DNA of 63,447 nucleotides, filler included, from Octopus bimaculoides (lineage: Eukaryota): NCBI RefSeq assembly GCF_001194135.2. It is 8 parts of 8 records of this genome, joined end to end, with 100 filler letters (N's around TTAATTAATTAA, not from the genome) between each part and the next. Parts side by side here need not be neighbours in the genome. Positions count along the whole stretch, not along the records: positions 32,395 to 50,798 come from NC_068985.1; positions 50,899 to 56,576 come from NW_026421494.1; 6 more parts are not named here. One strand, 5' to 3'. The number at the start of each line of letters is the position of its first letter. Position 1 is the stretch's first letter. This document shows, one piece after another, positions 38,101 to 53,025 of the stretch. A program made the position numbers and the translations under genes. Under the pieces are notes generated by a model that was not told the DNA's origin, did no database searches, and saw only the letters and a list, made by a program, of their open reading frames with translations.

Positions 38101-39369
38101 GTTGTCATATATAGACACACACACACGCAGTCGCATACAGAAAGAGAGAGAGAGAGTGTGTGTTTGATGTAGCACCAAGTCATAGAGCGAACAGAATTGC
38201 AGTGAAGGATTTAGTACATGTTTCCTTAGATTAATTTTGGTTGTTTTGTTCCTGAAGACAATTCTTGTCTGAGAGAATTATTTTTTATATTCTTCATTTC
38301 AATAAACAATATTACATACAACAATGTTAATGATAATCATACCAATCAACTCCATGTTGTAACTACTACTATTACTGCTGCTGCTGTGTATGGAAGTTCG
38401 ACTTGAGTGTCCTTATCAGCTTCCTTTCCGGATGGTCCTCAGTAAACTACAAATTCAATTCAATTCTTTACTTTTGAGTCTCGAGGAGAAAGTGGGATGG
38501 GGTGTGGTGGTATAAGTGAGGGGGTAAGGAATTCAAGCAGTTTCCATTTTACTCAACATTGTTATATAAAATAACTTAATCAATGCAAGCTGTAGGATAG
38601 TGTCGCTTTTGTCATTTGGAAATTGTCTACTGAATAGTTGTTCTTTATCTTGTATAGCCAGAGGCAACAGACATGGTAAACTTTCTTACAGTAGTTTATT
38701 GAATTGATTGTTGGTTGGTTGTCCAACGGTATTTCCAGAATGGTAATTTATTGGTGGACCATCACCACTTTGTTCTTACAGTCTTCAAGCTATCAGGAAA
38801 TAACAGTTACTTATTTCATTGATGTAACAATCTCCATTTGTTAATCACTCTTTCTGCCTTGATTATGACACAATGAAAGAAATCTTCACTGTTTATTTGA
38901 AACAACACACTCATATTGTCATTGTGTCTATCTACATATATATAGACAGAGATATAGATATAAAAACAGTGTGTGATAGTTTTGGTAACTGCATCACAAT
39001 ATCACTATATTTGTGCATGGTACAGTTACTATATGTATGCATGATATATGCGTGATATATATTTATATAGTTATTGTATTTATTTAAAGACAATGTCATA
39101 TACTCGATACCTAATTCGTATAAAGACATTCTGTCATATAGATATAGCAATTATCAACTTAGCTTCAAAATGTTTGGTGGAATTCACAGGTAATACCAAG
39201 TGTTGACAGAAATTGCGATGAGGACACTTCTACCTTGATCCTAATAATGATGAATGCCACCTCATCCAGGGATGTCAACCTCCACCCCACACACCCTGTC
39301 AAATGACTGAAGTCAAGAAGTCTCTTCAGCCAGGTCCTGCTCCCAGCAATATCTCAGGAAGAAACTAGA

Positions 39370-39540
39370 TTCTGGCACCATAGATTTAGTGGAAAACATT
39401 CAACTGCCTAACAATGAGAACAGGATGTTCAAAAGTTGCTTTGGTCAGATGGTACCACAAGACTAGCCCAACCGCCTGTGAATGTGGACAAGCAGATCAT
39501 ACTATGGCAATGCCTTCTCTGACCTCTAAACACCTGCAAC
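39370..39540 (+). mobile_element. Non-LTR retrotransposon C-terminal zinc-knuckle fragment (I/Ingi-like)
   Basis: WKTFNCLTMRTGCSKVALVRWYHKTSPTACECGQADHTM resembles the W..LNRLRTG.GR..L.KW....C.CG..QT..H pattern. Confidence 0.4.
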
Positions 39541-40014
39541 TCAAAAGCCTTTGGTAGAGTTCAGTAAAAATGCAAAGTACTGTGTAAAGACATGGGGAAT
39601 CTCTTATGAAACCATTACTTTTTGATGAATTGAAAGAAGTAACTATCTGTTTGTGTAAAGACTCATAGACATATACAGTTACTGTATCTCCTATATAGAT
39701 TTATAGATATAAAGACAATGTCTCATATAGTAACTATCTCTCTGTGTACACCATACACACAGGCATAGCTGATTGTTGATATGCTAATACTGTAACAGTA
39801 CTATAAAGTCAATACTGCATGGTTGTAATTGGATAATACCGATAGAATCCTTGTTATTGATCAATGGAGATTTGTATGACAGAACTAGCTACTAGCAATA
39901 TGCTTTTTTATGCTAATTGGGTTTCCCTGTTTGGTGAAGTCTCTAATTGTAGTGACTACACAATCTATATGTGGATTGATAATAGACAGGTTTTGGATGA
40001 GGTTTCTGATGACA

Positions 40015-40058
<44 letters not shown>

Positions 40059-40134
40059 NNNNNNNNNNNNNNNNNNNNNNNNNNNNNNNNNNNNNNNNNN
40101 NNNNNNNNNNNNNNNNNNNNNNNNNNNNNNNNNN

Positions 40135-40203
<69 letters not shown>

Positions 40204-40577
40204 GGTTGGAATTAGATGGGTGTGTGTAGCATTTGATGAGGTGCCTGAATAGGACCAAAGCCAGTAGGATTGATCCCTTTTTTTCTGCCCACTGTGAGAT
40301 TGTGGAGACATAACATATATATTTATAAATATAGTGTCGTGTATAGCAGATATCTATATAAATACATAGTACTGTGGTATTTACTGACGAGGGAGCCACT
40401 CTGTTAGTATACACACTGCTAGAAATAGCAGTTCTAAATCACTGTAGTCTTTGATACATTCTTCTACAGTACATAAATGACATGATAATCATCATGCTTT
40501 TGATTACAGGTCTGATCAGTTAGGCTTGGCCTAGGGCTAAACAACATCACACCACCAACAATAAGACTTTACAATTT

Positions 40578-41150
40578 ATGGATATGAACATATCCTTTAG
40601 AATCTGTGAACAACAGCAGGTATAACTGCAAGAGCAACAACAGAAATAACAACAACAAATAATAAATATTACAGCAACAAATGCTGTAATTACTGAAGTC
40701 ATCAGGAAAGCCAGAAAAAGTGTTCTCGCCAAACTAATGTCGCGAATTCAGTAACTGAATTCAAATATGAATCTGGTGAAGGAGTTACCTTTGAAGCATA
40801 CTCCGGAAGATATGATTAAATCTTCGAGAAAGAATGTAAAGATTGGGATGACAAGATGAAAACTTGTTTAATCTTGAGAAAACTGGTACCAACTGAACAT
40901 GAATGATACAGTAATTCTGTATTCCCCCCAAGAAAACCTTCAGATGTAAACTTTAATAACACAATTGATATATTTTGTAAAATTTTCAGTGAAAAAAGCT
41001 CATTGTTCAACATGTTAGAAGTGTCTGGACAGAGAGAAAAACAACGATGAAAACTTTGTCACATTTGCTAGTAGAGTAAACAGGGAATACGAGAAGTTTA
41101 AGCTGGATAAATTAAGTCCAGATATATTTAAATGCCTGATTCCAGTGTTT
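40578..41150 (+). mobile_element. Gypsy LTR-retrotransposon gag relic (K02A2.6-like family)
   Basis: A Gln-rich N-terminus is followed by NSVTEFKYESGEGVTFEAY..RYD.IFEKECKDWDDKMKTCLILRKL...FSEKSSLFN...DENFVTFASRVNREYEKFKL..LSPDIFKCLI, with stops and frameshifts. Confidence 0.75.
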
Positions 41151-44100
41151 AACTGATGTTAATTTTAGCAACCCTGAAAGGATAAAAGCAAAGCCGACCT
41201 CAGTGGAATGTGAACTCAAAGCGTAAAGAGACTAAAGAAATGCCGCTAAGTATTTTGTCTGCTGTACTAATGGTTCTACCAGCTTGCTGCCTTACTGTTG
41301 ATAATGATAAAATCAGTATTGTATGGGAGGAGGTTAATATCTTTGAATGAAACCAAAATCTTGTGTCTGTTTTTGAAGCAAATGTGTGAGACTTCAAAAG
41401 AACATAGATGAACATTTTGGCCTGTGATCTGAAATGTCATAAGAGTCCAAATTTGATTTTATATTGATAAACCAAAGAATTGATTTGAAATAATTAGATG
41501 TGAATTTTATATTCAAAAGACTGACGGGTTGGCAGTACAATGTATTTGGAATTTTGAAGTAGCATTGACAAAATGTGAAAACCAAATTTTAGAGTTATCA
41601 CATTTTTCCTTTAGAAACTAAATTTTGTGTTTCATCTGTAATTTTCTTTTTTAAAAAATAGTTTTAGAACATTGTAGTTTGTCAAATATACTGAAAAGCT
41701 TTTAAAAGATTATAAGTTGGTGGTGATAGTAGCGATAATGGTATTTTTGTAGTATTTTATGTTGTTGATGTTGTTCATATTGTTAATGTTGTTATTGCAG
41801 TTGTTGTCGGTGGTGTTGTTGATAAATTTTAAATCTGCTGCATGCACCTTGTGTACTATCTGGTGCATCACTAATTCAACCTACTGCAGGTGCATGTGCT
41901 AATTACGTAATTAGAGCCATGTGTTGCAGATGTTTCTGAGGAACCATGAACAATAACTACTGCTACTGTTGTTGTTTAATACCAGCTCAGTTCTGATTGA
42001 GTATTGGGGGAGTCTAACCATGACTATCCCATCTTTTACCAGATATTGCAAATATTGTCTAGTGCCTCTAATACTTTTTATGTTCTGTTTCTCTTTTACT
42101 GCTGTTGTGTTATCACTGCTCTATCATTACTGAAGCTACTCAGAAAATGATTTTTCAGGCTTTTGGTTGTCAAACCATTAAAATTGAATTTATATCTACT
42201 GAACAGTACTTAATAATACTCAAATAAGACAATACAGATTGTTTCCATTTGTCCAGTATCATTATCAGCAGCATTTTACATTTGCTGTTAGGTTGAATGT
42301 TTTTTTTCTGAGATTGTTATAGCTGGATGTCCTTCCTGTCACCAACACTTCCTGCATCTGGTGTGTAATATGAGTGGAAAATACTTTTCTGCATTAGCAA
42401 GTATAACAACCAAAACAATAGAAGTCATCTATTGGTGGAAGGGACATGTGACTTGCAGTGACGAACGTTTAACCCATGATCAATGAATTCATCATTTAAC
42501 ATGATGATAGGTTTTTAATTGTATGTGTATTTTACTTTTAATTAAATTAGGTATATTACATATTTCCAACTTTTTAAAACTTATCCAACACCATGATGAA
42601 GAAATATGAATTATAAGATGGAAATTCTATTTTGTCCTATTGCTATAAGGAGTGGTGGCAGTGGTGATGGTTGGAGGGTAGCAGATATAAATGTTGATTG
42701 ATTTCTCCAGTCATGCATTATATATTGTAGAGAAAGGGGGAGAAAGAGTAAAAGGGTAATACAGAGTGTTAACATAAGAGGTGCAGAATAAGTGCACACA
42801 GTGCTTGGTAGAAGGCATAGGCTTGGAGTGAAGGAATGTTGCTCACATACACACCACGAGAGAGAGAAAGAATCCTAGAGAAAGAGGAGGAGGAGAGAAA
42901 GAATGATAGAGATAGAGGAGGAGGAGAGGAAGTTAAGGGAGGAGTTGTACAAATGAGACATTCGTTATATTCAACTAATTCAAATCCATTGCTACACTGC
43001 CAGATTTGAACTAGTTAAATCATGCACATACCTTCATAAATTGTGTAAATAATGCTTAGACTGACTTTCTTGGTGAACATTAGTAACACAGTATAAACTA
43101 AAATAAGAAGATTATACGTTGTGTATTTATATATATATATATATAATGTAATTATTTTGTAAATTAAAATCAATTTATTTTTAATATTCAAATTTTATCC
43201 ATAGCTGCAATATTTTAAGTAAAAATTTTCTTGTGTACTTTACCAGATGTAATAACTTGTCCTGAACGTTTTCAAGTGTAATTACTTGTCCTGTAATTTT
43301 CCAGGTTTATAATTTTAAGAATATTATTTCTCTTGCTTGCATTTTTCTATGTAATTCATATTTTTTCCAGGCTATGCTATTATGCTAATTAATAATGTGT
43401 CAAATGTGTCAATTAGTAGTGTCATTGATAACTTTTTCCTTACCTCAATGATGCTGGCAACATATATTAAAAATCACCTTATAGAACTATATTCATAAAA
43501 AAGCATAAAACTATATTGTCACCCTCAAATTTGAGAAACAAACACTCAAAACTTTTTTTTATTTTATAACTTCATAGCATGGGATTGATACCATGAAATT
43601 CCTTGAATTGAGCTCTATCATTTAAGCTTAATTAAAATATACTTTGTTTTTATAATAAAAAAGTTAATTATACTTAAATCCAATTTTTTGCCTAACATAT
43701 TTTTTCATAATATTTTACCGCACAACTTTTTTGATAAAAATTTTTGTTGCATGGAACCAAAATTATGAAATTCTTCATCCTTTCTTCTATCATTGAAACT
43801 AAGATAGATATATTTTGCGTTTAAAATAAAAAGGTTATTTAGATCTGAACTTGGTTGGTAGCATTACTTACTCCCCTAAAACGTTGATACAAATTTTGAT
43901 GTAAACTTTTTCTACTAGATCAAATCTCAAATTTTTTATGTCAAAATGTAGCTAGGGACCAGTCCTCTTCAAAAATGTTAAGTTTTCAATTTGGTTAAGA
44001 ACTGAATTAGCGACAAGGTCTGAAAGATGCTGTGTGTGAGTAAATTGCGACCTTAAGAACTACTACTGTAGTTGAATGACAACCTACTACCATAGTTGAA

Positions 44101-44677
44101 TGATATATCTACTTGGACTTATCTCCCAACTTTGATAATTATATATATATATATATATATATATACAAACCCATACAAACAACATATATCTGCACGAATA
44201 TATACATTCATCCACATGAATACACTAGTTAAATCTAATTTATTCACCTCAACCACATGTGTTTATGATCAAAATAATAGCACAGTTAATATAATTTGAT
44301 CAGGAGTAAAAAATATATTTATACATAATTAAAGATAAAACCATTTTAATGATTTTGTCAAGTGGCCAGCATGTAATAAGTCCATATAGGTAACAATCTA
44401 TAGTAATATATGATTATATATGTATAATTATATTAAAGGGTGTGGATGAACTCCACCAACATGCTAGAAATAGATGCCATATGGCTCTAAAATTCCCATC
44501 TACACTCCATTAGCACAGATTGAAAGTGAGCAGATGAATAAGATTTTTTAAAAAGGGTTAATTATAGATCGATGTACACACACATACGTTTTTTTTAAAG
44601 TCTGTTACCGTGTTTATGTCTCTTGAATGACATACAGAAATACACACACACAAACAAAAATAGGAATAAATAAATGC

Positions 44678-44712
<35 letters not shown>

Positions 44713-44778
44713 TCCCTTGTTTTAGATCAAAAGTTGTTAGTTACTATGGTGACAACAATCCCTATCTATCTCTCTTTG

Positions 44779-44837
<59 letters not shown>

Positions 44838-45521
44838 TTCTCCCCCCTCTCTCTCTCCCTCACACTATTTCTCTCAACAACAATCTTTCCTTCTGCCCTT
44901 CTTTTATTTAAAATGAAAGTCTTTCTAAAGTCTGTATTGTATTTTGTATATGTTGAAAAACACGCGTACACATGCACACACAAAACCAAAAAAAAAAAAA
45001 TTAATAGCTATATATCTTTCAAAACTTATTAGCTATGGTTGTGACAACAGTCTACCTATCTCTCTCTCTCGTTGTATTTCTCTCTCAACAACAATTTTTT
45101 CTTCTTCCCTTCTCCAAAAAATACTTGCGGTATATTTTTTATTTCTCCCCTTCTTTTTCTTTTTCTCTCTTTTATAGCTGTTCTGACAGGCGGAGATACA
45201 TAAAGATCTGCTTGTCTTGTATAATATAGGATTTTAAGGTTATAAATATTGCATTTATGTATTTGTTTTGCAAGATTCTTGATCTGAAATTGTATATTGA
45301 AACAAATATTATTATGTGTCTGGGGATGGTAATTTTTTTTTCCGAGTAAGCACATGCTCTACTTATTTGATCTTCACTTTAGCTTTATTGTTATTACCAG
45401 TTTATTTATCAGGGTCCTTTTGTCACACAGAAAGTCATTGAAGATGTCACAGATTGAGTGATGAATGAACTCTGACAAATCATAAAGCTAAAGCAAAGAT
45501 CATATAAATAGTGCATGTATT

Positions 45522-45640
45522 TGTTTAAGCCTGGTACTTATTCCATCAGTCTCTTTTGCTGGACCGCTAAGTTATGAGTTCATAAACACACCAAGACCAG
45601 TTTTCAAACGGTGGAGTGAACAATCATAGAGGTAAAGACA
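45522..45640 (-). mobile_element. SINE family D body fragment
   Basis: 'taagcctggtacttattccatcagtctcttttgctggaccgctaagtt' matches the copies at 32395/32531. Confidence 0.6.
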
Positions 45641-45652
45641 TACGCAGATATA

Positions 45653-45709
<57 letters not shown>

Positions 45710-45825
45710 TTTAAAGTAAAAATGAAAAAGGAAAGTGTTTGTCATCACTTGAAAAGGGCATTTAATTTAGATAGATAATATAAACATATGTAGGTTGGCA
45801 AAAACTCTATTTATTTATATGAAAC

Positions 45826-45976
45826 TGGCTTCTTTCAGTTTCTATCTACTAAATCTACTCACAGGGCTTTGGTCAGTCCGAGTCTATAGTAGAAGACACT
45901 TGCCCTAAATGTCACACACTGGAACAGAACCTAAAACCATGTGGTTGTGAAGCAAACTTCTCACCAAACAGCCACA
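45826..45976 (-). mobile_element. tRNA-derived SINE, family C
   Basis: Reverse-complement match to 55350-55510. Confidence 0.8.
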
Positions 45977-47585
45977 CACACAAAAAAAAAAATAATAAAA
46001 TTACCATCCCCAAATATAACAATCTAGTAATAATTGAAAATTAGTCTCCATTATATTAATACATATATTCACAGTGAAATCTGATAAAAGTTATATTTAT
46101 AATTACTGTGTACCATAATTCCTCATGTTAGCCATCATAGCAAAAACATACTTTGAAATTTACCCCACATGGTTAATGTCCATGCCCTACCCCTACTATT
46201 TGTGTACATTCTTTACTAGTTTCAGTGAGTCAACCATGGTATTAGTGTTATAAATATCAATATTAATCTCTCTCCTAGTTTTATAGGATTTTCTTCAGAG
46301 ATTTCTTGGCCATCAACTAATAAAATGTGCTTTAGAGTCAAACCACACTTTGGTAATTCTTTATATATGTCTATAGAATTAAATTTAACTGAGCCTGTGC
46401 AAGGTTTCTGTCTAATTTTGTTTTTATATTTTAGCTATTTATTTATTTTATTTATCTAGCTAGCTATCAGATTCTGTGTTGTAGATTAGCATTTTCTTGG
46501 CTTACATTTAAAAAAAATGTTTTTCCATTAGGTTTTAATCATTATTTACTTGTTGTTACATCAATTTCTTAATTGGGTAATATTAATTAGAAAAATGTTT
46601 TATTTTTACAGATATATGCTTAATATTCCTTTCTCTTTAATAATTTCTTTTTAAAATATCGTAATTAATATAAAAATATTAAAAGTTTTAAAAATAAATA
46701 AAACCAATGTAGACTGCAGTGGGGGTGAATCTATAAATTTAATGGTGTCAAGGAAAGAGACAAAGGAATTACATGCTGAATCAGCTAGTAGATATATCTT
46801 TATTTCACTTTCAAAGAATTTGTAATTATAAAGGCCAAACATTGCATTTAACCAAAGTCATACTGTACCAATGCTATCACAACAGCTCCAGATTAAACCA
46901 AATACCTTCAAAATCTCAACAATTGGTTTTCTACAGACAACTTTTACCATTCCACAGACAAGTTTCGAACACAATCTTCATTTCCCTATGAAAGTGGTAT
47001 ATTCCTCTACCCTTCTAATGGAACATTATCCTGGTTATTGATTCTGCTGTTGCTGTTTTTGTCTCCCTGTCCCACAATCCTTCATTCCTTCCCAGTACCC
47101 TGTTTTATCTTGCCTCTTCCAATCACTTTTGTCCTCTTTAATAGCCATTTTTAGTTTTGAACCTCCCTTTTTCACTTCCAGGGCTATTGATTTTAAAGAG
47201 TGCATGACGACTACAAATTCTCAATTAAAACATTCTCAAGTCTCATGCATATGTATAAAATAATTTTGAAAGCAGTAGAAAACACAAGTGAACGTATGCT
47301 CAATGTACATACGCATACATAAATACCCAATGCATTTATTTATACAACACACGCACACACATTTTTATATAAATTCACATACGTTCACATGTATATATTT
47401 CATCATATTGAACCATTAATCCCTACACATTTTTTCTCTCTCCATTTGTTTCCTTTCTATTGGAGAGCGTAAGCTCAAAATGTCAAAGACTTTTCCATTC
47501 TTCCTGAGCATTAAACTAATACACATACATGTTGTTCCTTCAACTGTCTTCGTCTTTTGTTTTCTTTAAATTTGAACTATGTATA

Positions 47586-47625
<40 letters not shown>

Positions 47626-48122
47626 AACATCATAGCAACATTTATACATAGATAATCCATATACAATACGCACATGCATGTGCATGTGTGCGCACGCACA
47701 CACATACTCACATACAGGCATCTCAAAGGTAAATAGACATTGTTTCAATTCAAATAAATTGTATTTGAATGGTTTATTTTTAGAAAGAAAATAATATCAT
47801 TTGATGCATTTGAATACTTAACCTAGTATTCTGTAGGCATGTTTTGTACAGTTTTTAAAGATTTAACACATTTAAGCATTGTATTTATAAGTAGTGTCCA
47901 CACAAATTAAATAGCATAATGTGTGTGAGTGTATACATACATCATCGGTGGATCATATATCTGAAGCACGCTCTAAAGAATAGGGCAGTAATGTATTTAC
48001 ATGCAGTTAAATATATGTCTTGTCATAGAGTGACCAATGGTTTTGCATCCCTAAAGTGCTTAGCGTTATAGATAACTCAAGTACTTTAGGGATGTGAAAT
48101 TGGACATATATTTAACTGCATG

Positions 48123-48206
<84 letters not shown>

Positions 48207-48349
48207 TGACTGGACAAATGGAATAAAAAGGCACTCAACAGAACTTGGTAGGAATTACATGTATTATTTAAAACAGTTTGATTCAACTCTGTGTGACTTA
48301 AAGTTTCACAGGCTTAGATTTCCAAATCAGAAACCGAAGCCTGAGAGAG

Positions 48350-48658
48350 ACGGTTTTCTGTTACTGGCCTGTGAAACTTTAAGTTACCAGACTGGGCTGT
48401 GTGTTGTGTTCTTGAGCAAGACACTTTATTTCACATTGCTCCAGTTCCCTCAGCTGTAGAAGTTAGTTGTGATGCCACTGGAGCGAAGTTGTATCAGCTT
48501 TTACCTTTCTCTTGGATAACATTGGTGGCGTGAAGAGGGGAGACTAGTATGCATGAGTGAATGCTAGTCTTCCATAAACAACCTTGCCTGGACTTGTGCC
48601 TCAGAGGGAAACTTTCTAGGTACAATCTCATGGTCATTCATGACCGAAGGGGTCTTTA
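48350..48658 (+). mobile_element. SINE with a family-B-like core and a different tail
   Basis: Shares 'gttgtgttcttgagcaagacactttatttcacattgctccag' with the 15622 copy, then diverges. Confidence 0.6.
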
Positions 48659-50004
48659 CATACACACACATACACACACACACACAGTATACACATACAC
48701 ACACATTACTTGTTTGGTTTGGTTTAGAAGAGGGGCAGCACTGATGACTTTTGCAGTCCTGTCAGATTGATATTCTTACAGGTTTTGTTTAAATTAGCAA
48801 CAAGTTGAGACCAGCAGGAACGAGATATTAGAAGGGGTGGTTTTCTAGAGAGGAAAGAATGGAATTAGTAGTTAGTGTGAGATCTATTTGAGATACGGGG
48901 TAGAGGCAGTGGACACAAGAAAGGTGACGAAGGGTGGAGAGATGAGTGGATCAGGAGATTGTGATTAGATATGGTGTTGAAAGGTACAAGATCACCCAAC
49001 TCTGTGAAACAGGGGCTAAACTAGAAGAGGTAAAGAGAAAAGACACCAAATGTGTGGGAAGGTGGATGAAGTTTGTGTGGATGTATATGTGTGTGTGCAT
49101 GTGTAAGTATTTATATATCTGTTTATTTGTATGTCTGTATATGTGTATTATTATGTGTATATGCATATGTATGTATGTGTATGTATATGCATGTATGTAT
49201 GTATGTATATGCATGTACATGCATGTATGAATGTATGGGTATGCATGTATATGTATGGGTATGTATACATGCCTGTATGTGTTTATGCACATATATCTAT
49301 GTGAAACACAACATACATGTTAATTCATTATCATTACATTCCAAATAATTTATGAAGAAATAAAATCTGATCATAAAGTCAGAGGAAGAAGAAAGGGACA
49401 GCCCCTTGACTCTTTACAAGGTCTCTTAGATGGTGGGGTGGGGGAAGGAAGGAAGTTATCTTTAGACTGGGGAAATGAGTGTTTGCAATAGTAATGTTAC
49501 TCTGTTGAAGACAACCAAGGACTGATGATGGTGGGGGTAGTGTTAAACTTGTCTAATGATGATAAGCACCTGCGCAAGCCTGATTTCATCTATCAAAATT
49601 GATTCATTTGATCAGGTTTGGATTGAAAGAAGGGAAAACTATTTGTTTCTGCTTGTCTCTGATACTGTAACCCTGCAATACACTTATTTAATTTTTTTTA
49701 TAAGTATGTTGTGTTTCAAAAATATACCTTCGTTAAAAACTGTAAACAGTATCTTCTAAGGCATTTTATCATATTATTTCCCCCTAAAATGTTTTAAAAT
49801 TCCCAGCTTTGATCTTTCAGTATTAAATATTCAGATTTTTCAGTCTCTTGAAATTCAGATTTCTCACCTTCCACCTTCTCATGTTCAGTGTTAAGACCCA
49901 AATCTGGTTAAATCAAACTCAATACACATGTATATGTATGTGTGTATAGATATCTATGTGTATATATATAGTTGTGTGAGTGTGTATATATATATATATA
50001 TATA

Positions 50005-50043
<39 letters not shown>

Positions 50044-50123
50044 AGAGAGAGAAGAATAAAAAGAAAGTTCTTGGTACAGTATTATATATTTGAAAAAATG
50101 AGTAGAGATGGCTTTTTGGAGGG

Positions 50124-50425
50124 ATAATTGTTTACAGTGAGTTTATACTTTCAATTCCTAGGTCATGTGGGATATTGGTGTATAGACTATTTACATCGAA
50201 CTAACAAGAATTGTCTCCTGGTGGACACATTTTGGTGTATAAACTAGTTACATCGAAACTAACAAGATTTGTCTCCTGGTGAACACTTTTAGGTATGTAG
50301 TTTAAACTACATACCCAAAAGTGTTCACCAGGAGACAATTCTTGTTAGTTTTGATGTAATTAATCTATACAATAATATCTCACACAACCTAAGAATTGAA
50401 GCTATAAACTCACTGTAAACATTAT
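50124..50425. repeat. Loopless palindrome of about 300 bp with a 57-bp tandem duplication in the left arm
   Basis: The centre is gtagttt|aaactac at 50303/50304. The outer arms tgtttacagtgagtttata and tataaactcactgtaaaca pair. The duplicated unit starts at 50191 and 50248. Confidence 0.9.
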
Positions 50426-50444
50426 TATTGAAATACTACCAGTA

Positions 50445-50560
50445 TAGCCAGGCTTTGCCCGGGATTAAGTTGGGATTATTAAGCTGATAAAGTTCTTTAT
50501 TTCAAACCAAATTAAGTAACATCGACATCAAATTTGGGCAGAATCAGTGTTGCGATGGGA
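50445..50560 (+). mobile_element. Non-autonomous Helitron-like 5' fragment
   Basis: 'ctaccagtatagccaggctttgcccggg' resembles Helitron-type termini and is followed by 'caaatttgggcagaatc'. Confidence 0.35.
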
Positions 50561-50752
50561 GTGCATGGGCTCGGAGATTGATCGACAGAGGTGATAAGGT
50601 TACACATGCCAGCACTTTCATCTAACCCTTCTTTTCCCATGGGTTGGGAACCATTCCAGCAAGAAAAACAGAATGCTCAAAAGGGCTCCCGATTCTGTGT
50701 GTCAGAAGCTATGTTCAGATCACAACTAAGTCTTAAGTATATGTATATATAG

Positions 50753-50798
<46 letters not shown>

Positions 50799-52429
50799 NN
50801 NNNNNNNNNNNNNNNNNNNNNNNNNNNNNNNNNNNNNNNNNNTTAATTAATTAANNNNNNNNNNNNNNNNNNNNNNNNNNNNNNNNNNNNNNNNNNNNTA
50901 TATATAGCAACTTCTGTCTTTCTCTTTCTTACCATCTTGCTGTCAACACCAGCGAACCAATCTTCACCAAACTTTGTATACCTGTCAAACTAACGTCCAG
51001 TTCAATTATAGGCTAATTGGATTTCAATAAAAATCGATAATTCCCCCCCTTACGGGGATTGAGCTATTATATGATAAAATGAGTAGGGTGCAAAGAGTGT
51101 TAGGTTGAGGGAAATGTGGTGGCATAATGAGGGTGGCTGATATCAGGGAAGGGGAGGAGACAAGAAGAGACAGAGAGACAGAATGGGAAACAAGGATAGA
51201 GCGGGAGAGAGACAATGTGTTTAATGAAGGGAACAGCGAATTTTAATACTTTGTTCTTTAATTTTTACCTATCACTTAACGCATGCGCTTTAGTGAATTA
51301 ACTATCGTATGCTCAGTCAAAACTTTTACAATATATCTAACAACAGATGTAAAACTAACAAGTGAAAGATAAAGTGTTTTTATATTTGTTTTCAAATCAC
51401 CGTATTAAGATTTATTAAAACTTTACCAACGTAATGAAACAACAAAACTATAGATAATGCATTTTATGTTGTTCCATAGCTAAAACTGCTTCATTCTTAA
51501 AATAAATTGAAAAATAATAAACAACTCAAACGAGAAAACGTAGGAATATTAAAAAACATTCAGAGGAGTTGCTTCTTTACCCCTTCGATACTACTTCTAT
51601 GGAATTTTTCATCATCTCAAGATTCTAATGGTTCAGAAAAATATTCAATTCCATTTTCCAGTTTTCAACGCTTGTAACTGTCTCTCNNNNNNNNNNNNNN
51701 NNNNNNNNNNNNNNNNNNNNNNNNNNNNNNNNNNNNNNNNNNNNNNNNNNNNNNNNNNNNNNNNNNNNNNNNNNNNNNNNNNNNNNNNNNNNNNNNNNNN
51801 NNNNNNNNNNNNNNNNNNNNNNNNNNNNNNNNNNNNNNNNNNNNNNNNNNNNNNNNNNNNNNNNNNNNNNNNNNNNNNNNNNNNNNNNNNNNNNNNNNNN
51901 NNNNNNNNNNNNNNNNNNNNNNNNNNNNNNNNNNNNNNNNNNNNNNNNNNNNNNNNNNNNNNNNNNNNNNNNNNNNNNNNNNNNNNNNNNNNNNNNNNNN
52001 NNNNNNNNNNNNNNNNNCATTACGACGACCAAAGTTGTAAGAACTTCTGAAGCTTTAATAAATTTTGATGAATAAAGTCATGGGAGACGGTCGAACAAGC
52101 ATTTAATTAATTTAAAAAGGTAAAAGATCGTCGACGAAGTGTTTTTTGCGAAAAATTGCACAAATCTGTCCTGATCAAGAGGCTTATCAGTCGGGGGAAA
52201 AAAATAATAATGATAAATAAAATAACTCTACAATTCCATGATTCAAACCCGAAACATAAAAAGACAAAAGAGACATGACTAAAGCCTTTAGAGCAACGTT
52301 CTACCACAGCTCCACCGATTAATATCGATCATGCACAGCTAAGATCTAAAGCATGCACTCGCAGTCATTCACATTAACCCGTCACTCACTTACCGTGAAT
52401 TCACTGAGCTAAAGAACGGAATTCTACTT

Positions 52430-52590
52430 ACCGCATTTCTTCCGGCTCTTCACGTTCTGAGTTCAAATCCGGCCAAGGTTAACTCTGTCTTTCATCTCTT
52501 CCGGTTGATGAAAGTACCAGTTAAGTACTGGGGTCAATGTAATCGACTTGTCCTCTCCACACCAGAAATTTCAGGCCTTGTGCTTGTTAC
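52430..52590 (+). mobile_element. tRNA-derived SINE, family A
   Basis: 'acgttctgagttcaaatccggccaaggttaact...gtaccagttaagtactggggtcaatgtaatcgact...aatttcaggccttgtgc'. Confidence 0.75.
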
Positions 52591-52599
52591 TCGACGCAC

Positions 52600-52712
52600 G
52601 TAGGCGAAAGCAGAGGACTGTAGTCGCTCGTCTTTCTCTGTTTGTCTGTGTGTTTGCAAACTTACTGGAAAACGACTGAACCGAGTTTCACTAAATTTTG
52701 GCTCAAGATCAC
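52600..52712 (+). mobile_element. Helitron/HINE-like non-autonomous fragment; related pieces at about 50900-51010 and 53690-53850
   Basis: A gtctgt microsatellite is followed by 'gaaaacgactgaaccgagtttcactaaatttt'. Related 'gaaccaatcttcaccaaactt' and 'ctcgagaactgcctaaccgacttcattcaaatttt' occur nearby. Confidence 0.4.
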
Positions 52713-52805
52713 AACACGCCGCCGGGAATTGAACTCACAGTGTTACAAGCGTGAGCGGAAAACACTAACCACCGAGCCACGCACCTTCATACATACATAC
52801 ATACA

Positions 52806-52838
<33 letters not shown>

Positions 52839-52992
52839 GCATACATGCATGCACACATACACACACACATACATACATACATATATACATACATACATAT
52901 ATACATACATACATATATACATACACATAGATACATACACATACATACATATACTTATATGCATACATACATTCATACATACACACATACAT

Positions 52993-53025
<33 letters not shown>

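Noticed and set aside
38390-38450. Two tandem CUGA..GAA motifs on the minus strand upstream of the PLE
   Set aside because: There is no stem III or NUH cleavage site in the correct order, so it is not a hammerhead as it stands.
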